Shown: in pieces, positions 1-7,799 of the stretch
Layout: each line of letters starts with the position of its first letter
How positions within the stretch are numbered: the stretch's first letter is position 1
Origin: an uncultured Pseudomonadales bacterium
Lineage (GTDB): Bacteria > Patescibacteriota > Microgenomatia > UBA1400 > PJMF01
Length of the DNA stretch: 60,839 nucleotides
Direction: 5' to 3'
Assembly: GCA_964555515.1 (NCBI GenBank)
Contig: CAZKSJ010000001.1
Location: 11,421 to 72,259, forward strand
Position numbers and translations under genes: made by a program
The notes under the pieces: model-generated
The model's input: only the letters and a program-made list of their open reading frames with translations
What the model was told of the DNA's origin: nothing
Databases searched by the model: none

Positions 1-947
1 TCGGTTTTACCTTTACCATTTTGTAAACCAATCAAGTATTGGACGGTTCCGACCACATCCTCTGGGGTAAGTACGCTGGTTTCTAGATCAATCTCGTTGC
101 CTAAACGACGGTTGAGCTTGTAACGTCCCACCGCTCCCAAATCATAACGGCGAGGATCAAAAAACATTTGCTTGAGAAACTCTTGAGCAGAATCGAGCGT
201 AGCTGGCTCGCCCGGTCTCATTTTTTCATAAATTTCAATCAGAGCCTCTTCTTTGCTCTTAGTGGGATCTTTTTCGATGGTGTTTTGGAGTAAATCAAAC
301 TCATCAGCAGCATTTACTGTAGAAAATAACTCCATCAGTTCTTCATCTGAACTGTATCCCATGGCTCTCAATAAAACCGTGACGGGTAATTTACGACGAC
401 GGTCAATTTTGACAGTCAGCACATTTTTTTTGCCAACGGCAATTTCCAACCAAGAACCACGCTTAGGACGCAGCTCTGCTTGATAAAGTTCGCGACCAGT
501 CGAAGAATCCTCCGCTCCAGAGAAAAATACTCCTGGAGAACGGACTAATTGGGTAACAACCGCCCGCTCAATACCATTAATCACAAACGTGCCAATGGGG
601 GTCATTTTGGGAATATCACCCAAAAACACCTCTTGAGTTTGTTCTTCGCCAGTCTTTTTATTGATTAAAGTGGCGGCAACATAAAGGGGCATGTCATACG
701 TCACACCCTTTTGTTTAGCCTGAGCGATGCTGTATTTGGGTTTACCAAATCGATAATCACCAAACTTGAGACACCAATTTTTACCGGTGTAGTCTTCAAT
801 CCCATCACTAGAATAAACTTCAACCAACGTTTCTTGGATACCCTTTTCTAGAAAGACTTTGTAACTTTCTATCTGTAGACCGACTAGGTCTAGCTCTGGT
901 AAAGCAGTATGTGCGGTACCCCAATTTTGACGTTGATCATTTGACAT
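1..947 (-). CDS. rpoB: DNA-directed RNA polymerase beta subunit, N-terminal part (runs off the window edge)
   Basis: Absent from the ORF track because there is no stop in the window. Minus-strand translation from the ATG at 947-945 reads MSNDQRQNWGTAHTALPELDLVGLQIESYKVFLEKGIQ...GTFVINGIERAVVTQLVRSPGVFF...KRGSWLEIAVGKK...VLLRAMGY...DPRRYDLGAVGRYKLNRRLG, the conserved RpoB N-terminus. An AGGAGAG SD-like sequence lies just upstream. Confidence 0.9.
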   Translation of the reverse strand, partial: MSNDQRQNWGTAHTALPELDLVGLQIESYKVFLEKGIQETLVEVYSSDGIEDYTGKNWCLKFGDYRFGKPKYSIAQAKQKGVTYDMPLYVAATLINKKTGEEQTQEVFLGDIPKMTPIGTFVINGIERAVVTQLVRSPGVFFSGAEDSSTGRELYQAELRPKRGSWLEIAVGKKNVLTVKIDRRRKLPVTVLLRAMGYSSDEELMELFSTVNAADEFDLLQNTIEKDPTKSKEEALIEIYEKMRPGEPATLDSAQEFLKQMFFDPRRYDLGAVGRYKLNRRLGNEIDLETSVLTPEDVVGTVQYLIGLQNGKGKT

Positions 948-990
948 GAAGTCTCTCCTAGCTACCTCTTTTTAGGAAGAACTTTATTAA

Positions 991-1030
991 AACCACAAAA
1001 ACAAAGCGCACGCATCACATTTTGCGCTTT
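991..1030 (-). terminator. Terminator/attenuator-like hairpin in the rpoB leader
   Basis: On the minus strand, AAAGCGCA (1030-1023), a 12-nt loop and TGCGCTTT (1010-1003) are followed by GTTTTTGTGGTT. It lies between the predicted promoter and the rpoB ATG. Confidence 0.4.
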
Positions 1031-1120
1031 TAAAAGTGTTAGTGGGTTGCTGTTAAAAGAGTTTGTGCTCTTTTAGTCAAGAAAGCTCCAGTTCTTCTCT
1101 TATCTCTGTGTGAAGCAGAG

Positions 1121-1149
1121 ATTGTAGCACATACGATTATCTATCGCAA
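1121..1149 (-). promoter_or_regulatory. Sigma70-like promoter upstream of rpoB
   Basis: The minus strand reads TTGCGA (1149-1144), a 17-nt spacer and TACAAT (1126-1121), about 170 nt upstream of the rpoB ATG. Confidence 0.45.
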
Positions 1150-1199
1150 GTAGTGTACCTAAGGAAAGGTTTCGTGGGAACTGCCGCGGACATAAACTG

Positions 1200-2207
1200 C
1201 TAGCGAAGGTACGCATCTATATTCGCGTTATGCTGCTCAATTGTTTCCGCATAAACGGCCTCGCCAGAGGGTTTATGAATGTAATAATAGTTATTTGATT
1301 CAATTGGCGTCAACACTGCCAAGATAGCGTTATATCCGGGATTGGCAATTGGTGCGGGTGGCAATCCTGGATACAGATAGGTGTTGTATGGCGAAGGATT
1401 CGTTTTGTAACTGACGCTAGGAGGACTCCACCACCCTTGACCAACTTCGTCATAACCCCTAATATATTGCAAAGTCGCATCTGCCTGTAGCGCCATCCCA
1501 ATTTCCAATCGATTCAATAATATGCCAGCGACTTGACGCATATCCTCCAAGTTTCTCGCTTCCCTTTCCACAATCGAGGCGAGGACAAGTACTTCTTGGG
1601 GATCAAGTGTACTCTCAGCAAATTCTGCGACCAAAGCTGTCGAGATTTTTTTATCAAATGTTGAGGTCAATAAAACTACTAACTGAGCCGTGGTAATTTC
1701 TCTAGGCACCAGATAAGTATCGGGATAAAGAGTGCCCTCTAGATCAGTGGTTAACCGTAAAAACTCTTTTTCATCATACTCCACCAAGTCTTGGGTAGCC
1801 AAGTAAGCGGCAATTTCTTCTCTGCGCCAACCTTCTGGCAGAGTAATCCAGATGTCCTCAGTACCCAAAGTGAGCTGCTGGGCAATTTCGGCAAGACTCA
1901 TGCTCGCCCTCAATTCATAAGAGCCGGCTTGCAACTGCCTGTCTAACCCTTCCAGTTGCATGTAATATCTAAAAACTAAAGCGTTTTTGATCAGTTGTTG
2001 TTGCTGTAATTGGGCAGCCACAGATGACAGACTATCGCCTTTGGCCACCACTACCCGCTGTGTTTGTTGATCACTCAGCGCCACCGGTTGGAACTGCAGG
2101 TATACCCATGCCAACATGGCAATCATCATGCCGATACCAACTATAAACACAGTGAGGAGTATGCCTATCTTTTTTATTGATCGAGGTCGAACAGCAACTT
2201 TATTCAT
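1200..2207 (-). CDS. mltG: Endolytic murein transglycosylase MltG/YceG family
   Basis: N-terminal TM helix. YceG-type motifs are LYPDTYL, ASIVEREA, LQADATLQY and SPYNTYLYPGLPPAPIANPG. Confidence 0.85.
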   Translation of the reverse strand: MNKVAVRPRSIKKIGILLTVFIVGIGMMIAMLAWVYLQFQPVALSDQQTQRVVVAKGDSLSSVAAQLQQQQLIKNALVFRYYMQLEGLDRQLQAGSYELRASMSLAEIAQQLTLGTEDIWITLPEGWRREEIAAYLATQDLVEYDEKEFLRLTTDLEGTLYPDTYLVPREITTAQLVVLLTSTFDKKISTALVAEFAESTLDPQEVLVLASIVEREARNLEDMRQVAGILLNRLEIGMALQADATLQYIRGYDEVGQGWWSPPSVSYKTNPSPYNTYLYPGLPPAPIANPGYNAILAVLTPIESNNYYYIHKPSGEAVYAETIEQHNANIDAYLR

Positions 2208-2382
2208 CGATAGCTAGTATAGCAAACCAATTGCAATGCAAGTTGTTAATAACTGACAAATTCTGGAAACTGGAAGTAAGACTCCCTTAGCACAAATTAC
2301 TACGCAAGCTAATCAGAAGAGATCACCTCTTAAATTTATTGATTGACGGATAACTTGGAAATGTTTAGCATGGTGTTTAGTT

Positions 2383-2712
2383 ATGCAATACGATTATTCA
2401 TTACTCTACAAAGCAGCCTACTTTATGGTGCTCGTGCCCACACTTTTAATCATTGTCAGCGCAGCCGCCTCTGCCAAACAAATGGGAGGTACGCTAGGAG
2501 AAGGTCTCAAAAAGATTGCCGCTGGCACGATCATTCACACCATTATGATTGTGGCGTTTATTTTCCAGGAAATCGGCTTTCAAGGCATGCTGCAGGAGTT
2601 TTATGTCCAGATGTTCTTCCTGTCTAGCGGCATCTTAGGAGCGATTTTGCTCATTCTTGGATATCTGCAAATTTATCGCATTTCTAAAAAACTCAAATTA
2701 TTCACCATTTGA
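2383..2712 (+). CDS. Small hydrophobic membrane protein, function unknown
   Basis: 109-aa ORF with about 3 predicted TM segments. Preferred over the overlapping ORF at 2343-2627, which looks low-complexity and non-protein-like. Confidence 0.4.
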   Translation: MQYDYSLLYKAAYFMVLVPTLLIIVSAAASAKQMGGTLGEGLKKIAAGTIIHTIMIVAFIFQEIGFQGMLQEFYVQMFFLSSGILGAILLILGYLQIYRISKKLKLFTI

Positions 2713-2784
2713 ATAATCCAAACCATTGGGCTCAATGTGAGATTGCGTCAGTTTAATGAGCTGTGCTTAAAATCTCTATTTAAC

Positions 2785-4200
2785 TTAATTAAACGTGATA
2801 AGTGGCAAAATAATTTGCACCAAAAAGTAGAGAAAAAACAGAAAAGCGGTAGTCATCACGACTGTTCTCCAGGAGGCTGGCCAATATTTCTTTTTCAAGC
2901 GAAGTCTATTTAAAATCCAGACCAAAGCAAAGGACACCATCATCGCAGCCGCATTCAAGATCGCTGAAACTGTGAGCAGCATTCTTGGTTCTTGAAAACC
3001 GATCAGATAAACCAATATTCCCAAGCCAATCTGTCCCCACAAAGCGATATAGAACGCTCTACTTAAGTTAACTGCTCTGCCTTTTTTGTGAAACAATAGA
3101 ATGCTGTTCTCGGAAATAATTCTTGATGATGATTCCAAGACACCTACTTGCGTAGAAAAAAGCATTACAGCTGCCAACAAAAGAAAGAAGTTGCCAAACA
3201 AGGGCGTACTCAGCTGACTAATAGCGATGGACTCGGCAAAAACAAAATTAATACCTTCAGTAAGTTCTTGGCCATATACCATGGCATAAGCTAACAAGGC
3301 TAACAAAGCAATCGTCAAAAAACCTAAAGTCCAGAATACTAAAAAGTGTTCTTGGTTAACCATCCGCCACCAACCTTGCCATCTTTTGAAGTTGGCCGGA
3401 TTATCAACAAACGTCGCTCCTTCAATTTGGATCGGCTTGGATGCACCCCCAAATAAGGATGAAATTTTTTCCATGTATCTACCCATACCAAAGCCTTTTT
3501 CCTTAATGTAATAAGATTGGGCTAAGTTGAGATTACCACCAGCTCCAGAATAAGCAAACGCTCCCAAAAAAGCAGCCACACCTACGCCGCTCGGGAAAAA
3601 CCACCAGCCATCACCTCTGCCCACTATACCCCACCCCAAAGCGCTCCAATCATTCAGTTCAGTCAATAAAAATGCCAACATGAACATAAATGGCAGACCA
3701 AGTAGAATGATTGTCTTTTGAAACCGTTCCATGGTGTTGTAAACAGATTTGCCAGAAGAAAGCAGTAGTCCAGTTAGTAGCAACAACACAATTGTCGTCA
3801 CTAGTCTAATTACATTAGGATCAAGATAACTCATGCTATTACCCAAGAAAAATAGCACAATGTCTGCCGCAGCCGATGAAAATCCCGGCAAAGACCAAGG
3901 TATAAAGGTAGAAATTACAAACCAAAGCGGCAGTAAAATGCTCAATCTTCTAAAACCAACGAAGACACTTTCTCCCCAATAAAGAGTATATCGCATGGCT
4001 TCGGTGTTAAGGACAAATTGGAAAGACACCCCCAACAACGCTCCCCAAATTAGACCCATTCCCCAATTAGCAGCCAGATATGGCCACAGAATCAGTTCAC
4101 CGCTACCAAGCGCTAGTCCTAACAAGATAAATGATGGACCTAATGATCGCCACAACGGCATTGGCGGGGGTAACTGGCGGGCAGACTTGGGCATCTTCAA
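2785..4200 (-). CDS. Nramp-related (APC/LeuT-fold) polytopic transporter, divergent
   Basis: 471 aa with about 11 TM segments. The N-terminal segment LGPSFILLGLALGSGELILWPYLAANWGMGLIWGALLG aligns by eye with the Nramp GPG...DPGN region, but DPGN is replaced. Confidence 0.55.
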   Translation of the reverse strand: MKMPKSARQLPPPMPLWRSLGPSFILLGLALGSGELILWPYLAANWGMGLIWGALLGVSFQFVLNTEAMRYTLYWGESVFVGFRRLSILLPLWFVISTFIPWSLPGFSSAAADIVLFFLGNSMSYLDPNVIRLVTTIVLLLLTGLLLSSGKSVYNTMERFQKTIILLGLPFMFMLAFLLTELNDWSALGWGIVGRGDGWWFFPSGVGVAAFLGAFAYSGAGGNLNLAQSYYIKEKGFGMGRYMEKISSLFGGASKPIQIEGATFVDNPANFKRWQGWWRMVNQEHFLVFWTLGFLTIALLALLAYAMVYGQELTEGINFVFAESIAISQLSTPLFGNFFLLLAAVMLFSTQVGVLESSSRIISENSILLFHKKGRAVNLSRAFYIALWGQIGLGILVYLIGFQEPRMLLTVSAILNAAAMMVSFALVWILNRLRLKKKYWPASWRTVVMTTAFLFFLYFLVQIILPLITFN

Positions 4201-4285
4201 CAGTATAGCAAGAAATAATCAGTGGGTCACCCATTTATTGACTATGCAGAGAATTCGAGGTGAAGTAATCAATTGTGTGGCGACA

Positions 4286-5275
4286 TCACTGCTTGGCATA
4301 TGAAATAATCATGAAGACTAAATAACCTGCCAAAAGTGGAAAGCCCAACCAATTGGGTAAAATTTTCCCTCTGAACTTAAAAATAATGAAGGTGACTGCC
4401 ATCGCCGCCGACAATACAAAGATTAGTTCTTTAGAACCAATCAACATTGATGAAGTTAAAATCGCTACCAACCCAGGAAAAAGTGTGATGTTGATAATAT
4501 TACTACCAAGAATAGTCCCTACCACCACCTTATTTTCCTCTCTTTTTTGAGCCATTAGAATTGTCACCAACTCTGGTAAGGAAGTGGACATGGCAACTAA
4601 CGTCATGCCCAAAAAGGAGGTGGATATTCCTAACAGTAAAGATAGCTTGCCGACTGCGGTGACGGTGATGTTACCCCCGATACTCAAGCCCGCCACACTC
4701 AGCGCTGATAACAGGAACAATAACCACAAGGGACTGAGGTGATGTTTTTTATTGAGAAACTTGACATGTTTCAAATATTTTTTGTCTTCGTGTTTCCGCC
4801 CGTTCACCCCCATGATTAACTGCACAGAAAATGTCGCCAGCAAAATAAAGATGAGTAACCATCCTGCCCTGAGCGGTTGAATTGATGAAAAGTGCAAGGC
4901 TGTAAACAAGGTGGTGACTGACATCAAAATCAAGGCAGTTCGTTGTGTCTTATGCGTGCCGATCTTGACTTTGCCGATGGAAATGGCCAGCGCTAATACA
5001 AATAAGATATTGGTTACGTAACTTCCCAAAGCGTTACCAAGCGCTAGTCCTGGGTCGTCTTGGTTAACGGCGATCAAAGTGACAGTTAATTCAGGCAAAG
5101 TGGTGACTAAAGCCACCAGAATGACAGAAATAATTAAGGGTGAAACCTGAAATCGGCGGGCAAACTGGTTAGTAATAAATAAAAAGATATTGGCAGCGAT
5201 TAAAATAGCGCCCACACCAATGCCCAAAGCCAGTAAAGTACTCAATAACATCGCTTTCAGTGTAGCAGATCTCAA
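4286..5275 (-). CDS. Ca2+/cation antiporter (CaCA, YrbG-like Na+/Ca2+ exchanger family)
   Basis: Two alpha-repeat signatures: LPELTVTLIAV...GNALGSYVTNILFVLAL and STSLPELVTILMA...GTILGSNIINITL. About 10 TM segments. Confidence 0.8.
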   Translation of the reverse strand: MRSATLKAMLLSTLLALGIGVGAILIAANIFLFITNQFARRFQVSPLIISVILVALVTTLPELTVTLIAVNQDDPGLALGNALGSYVTNILFVLALAISIGKVKIGTHKTQRTALILMSVTTLFTALHFSSIQPLRAGWLLIFILLATFSVQLIMGVNGRKHEDKKYLKHVKFLNKKHHLSPLWLLFLLSALSVAGLSIGGNITVTAVGKLSLLLGISTSFLGMTLVAMSTSLPELVTILMAQKREENKVVVGTILGSNIINITLFPGLVAILTSSMLIGSKELIFVLSAAMAVTFIIFKFRGKILPNWLGFPLLAGYLVFMIISYAKQ

Positions 5276-5297
5276 ACTGTGTTATCATCATCAAACC

Positions 5298-6320
5298 ATG
5301 CTTAACTTGAAAAATACTCTCTTTAAATTTTTGGCGGTTGGTGCCATCCTCATCCTCTTATTGACGACTGCCGGCTTACTTTATGCACAATTCATGGTTG
5401 AGAACAAACAGACCGCAGTTACTCACTCAAACCCTGTTCAAAAGTTGACTTCAACATTTACTGAACCGGTTGTTGCTCAACCACAACCAATTCGCCTCAT
5501 CTTCACTGGCGACGTTATGTTAGACAGGCACATTAGAACCAACGCCGAGCTCAATGGCTATCATAGTTTACTTGATGATAATCTACGCAGTCTACTCCTC
5601 ACCGCAAACTCAGTGGTGATTAACCTGGAGGGACCAATTACCACCAATAAATCGGTCAGCGTCAACAGCGCAGTGGGATCATCCAATAACTACATATTTA
5701 CCTTTGATCCGCAAGTAACAGAGTTTTTACAAGCCAACAATATGAATTTAGTTAATTTGGGTAATAATCATATTCTAAACTTTGGGGAAGCTGGCTTGAC
5801 CAGCACTTATCAATATCTTGAGGATGCGGGCATCGCCTACTTTGGCAATACTGGGCCGGCAGCCACAGACTCACAGCGGGTGGCAATCATTGAGTACGAA
5901 GATTTAACACTTGGCTTTGTCAACTACAATCAGTTTGTGGCTGCCGGCCTTGAATCTGCCCTGGCAGATTTAGCAGATCTAAAAACCAAAGTTGACTTAG
6001 TTTTTGTCTACACTCACTGGGGAAATGAGTATGTACCAGAGAATGAGGTGTTAATCAACCAAGCACATCAATTTGTTGACGCTGGCGCGGATATGGTCAT
6101 CGGTTCTCACCCCCACGTCGTCACAGGCACTGAAGATTATCAAAATAAACGCATATATTACTCACTCGGTAATTTTATTTTTGACCAATACTTTGAGCCA
6201 GCCGTGAGAGAAGGCATGATTCTGGAGGTAGTGATTGATCCGATCACCATGTCTCTTCAGTTTCAAGAACACATGGTCGATATGACTAAGGATGGCAAAA
6301 CCAGCTTAAGAATCGAGTAA
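5298..6320 (+). CDS. CapA/PgsA-family metallophosphatase-like protein (poly-gamma-glutamate/capsule-type)
   Basis: Motifs FTGDVMLDRH, GNNHILNFG, HWGNEY, GSHPHV and SLGNFIFDQ, preceded by a TM anchor. The start is moved to the ATG at 5298, because the longer ORF from 5190 overlaps the antiporter gene. Confidence 0.8.
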   Translation: MLNLKNTLFKFLAVGAILILLLTTAGLLYAQFMVENKQTAVTHSNPVQKLTSTFTEPVVAQPQPIRLIFTGDVMLDRHIRTNAELNGYHSLLDDNLRSLLLTANSVVINLEGPITTNKSVSVNSAVGSSNNYIFTFDPQVTEFLQANNMNLVNLGNNHILNFGEAGLTSTYQYLEDAGIAYFGNTGPAATDSQRVAIIEYEDLTLGFVNYNQFVAAGLESALADLADLKTKVDLVFVYTHWGNEYVPENEVLINQAHQFVDAGADMVIGSHPHVVTGTEDYQNKRIYYSLGNFIFDQYFEPAVREGMILEVVIDPITMSLQFQEHMVDMTKDGKTSLRIE

Positions 6321-6422
6321 TCGGCAAGCCAATTATTTCGCGGTCGACTCTTGATTAGCCAGCGCTGAGTAGCGAGTTCCAAGTCCAGAATAACTTCGAA
6401 AAATAGATCAATCCAAGGAAAT

Positions 6423-6830
6423 TTAAACAATGATTTGCTTAGCTAAACTTTTTTCATCAAGCCAATTTTGCAAAATTTCTGCTGCTGCTAGGTGATCGAT
6501 TGGTTCATGGCTTTTTTTACCCGCTTGCTTCAATTTTTTGCGCACTGTGTGACTACTTAAAGTTTCATCAAATAACTCAACCGGAATCTTGAGTAATTTG
6601 CCAAGCTGCAGCACAAACAGCTTGGTTTTGTCTGCCATGGTATTTTCAGATAAACCAACCACTACCCGCTTGATTGCCTGTTGATTTACTACCTGCGCGA
6701 TGTACTGGATAGCATTTTCGTCATTGGGAATGATAGTCAGCGGATCGGCAATACTGGCAAATGAGACCGCTAAACCAATGCGCACGGTGCCGTAATCAAT
6801 AGCCAAGACTTTTTGATGTGGTTCTTTCAT
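6423..6830 (-). CDS. ruvX: Putative pre-16S rRNA nuclease / Holliday junction resolvase-like YqgF
   Basis: LAIDYGTVRIGLAVS at the N-terminus, VVGLSENTMADKT, and a C-terminal AAAEILQNWLD. Typical YqgF/RuvX length of 135 aa. Confidence 0.85.
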   Translation of the reverse strand: MKEPHQKVLAIDYGTVRIGLAVSFASIADPLTIIPNDENAIQYIAQVVNQQAIKRVVVGLSENTMADKTKLFVLQLGKLLKIPVELFDETLSSHTVRKKLKQAGKKSHEPIDHLAAAEILQNWLDEKSLAKQIIV

Positions 6831-6839
6831 ATTTGTTCT

Positions 6840-7799
6840 TTATTCCGATTTAACTAATTGAGCCGTGACGATACCACGACGTAGGTACGTTCCCTCTGGA
6901 GTACAAGTGACTAACTTTAATCTTCTGGCGTCATAATGTTGCGCCAATATTGAAACTTCCTCTGGCTTGACTTCTGTGAGTTCCTGAACTACGTAGGTAT
7001 ACTTAACACCATCATAGGTCACATAGATTTCATCACCTCTATCTAAAGTCATGATGGTGCTGAAAATTGAGTTGTAGCGTCGAGGATTCTTCTCACTAGG
7101 GTTATAGAACTGCCTCAAAACAGAGTGACCAAAAATAACAGGGGCACCAAACTCTCCTGGATGAGCTGTACCAGGATAAGCAATCAAGCTTTTGTTCAAA
7201 TCAGTACCTCCCAAGGCTACCTCTGCATTAGCAATTTCCAGCTTAGGGATATCAATGGTGTACGTGGCGGGAGCAGCGCTATTAGTTTCAGTAAATTTGA
7301 GATTGCTCAGTGTGGCAGGATCAAACCAGTTTGTTAGATTCGTGTAATCCAAACTCTCATCAATGATCTTGGGATTTTGGGCTAATAAACTACTGCTCGT
7401 TGATGATTCTGCGTGCACCTGAGAAATGACCAGCGGCGTACCATCGATAATTTGATCCTGAGGCACGGGCGCGATCAATTGACCAGCCCGTAAATCAGCT
7501 AAATCATTCAAGTAATAACCAGCGATCGGTAAAGCCGCAGAACTAACTAGGTATAAGCCAAATCCGATCAGTAGCAGCGGCATTGCCAACGCAAACCAAC
7601 GCACCATACCTGGATATTGATTCTGCGCGTCTTGTACTGACTCCTCTGCCTGCCGACCCTCATAGTCTTGCGCCGTGATTAATCGGCCGAGATGTCGCTG
7701 CACCTCGCGCTCGACCTTGTCAAAAGGAACGCCATTCATTAAAGCCTTGCGGTAAAGAGCAATTATCTCTGGCCGTGAAAGTTCTCGACTCGCTCTCAT
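6840..7799 (-). CDS. Sortase-family transpeptidase with N-terminal cytoplasmic extension and TM anchor
   Basis: Catalytic His context VIFGHSVL, Cys motif LKLVTCTP, and a downstream Arg (YLRRGIV). Its ATG overlaps the stop of the upstream gene by 4 nt (7796-7799). Confidence 0.8.
   Translation of the reverse strand: MRASRELSRPEIIALYRKALMNGVPFDKVEREVQRHLGRLITAQDYEGRQAEESVQDAQNQYPGMVRWFALAMPLLLIGFGLYLVSSAALPIAGYYLNDLADLRAGQLIAPVPQDQIIDGTPLVISQVHAESSTSSSLLAQNPKIIDESLDYTNLTNWFDPATLSNLKFTETNSAAPATYTIDIPKLEIANAEVALGGTDLNKSLIAYPGTAHPGEFGAPVIFGHSVLRQFYNPSEKNPRRYNSIFSTIMTLDRGDEIYVTYDGVKYTYVVQELTEVKPEEVSILAQHYDARRLKLVTCTPEGTYLRRGIVTAQLVKSE

Noticed and set aside
5190-5297. N-terminal extension of the CapA-like ORF overlapping the antiporter gene
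   Set aside because: The extension runs antisense through the start of the CaCA gene. An internal ATG at 5298 gives a normal signal-anchor N-terminus (MLNLKNTLFKFLAVGAILILLL).
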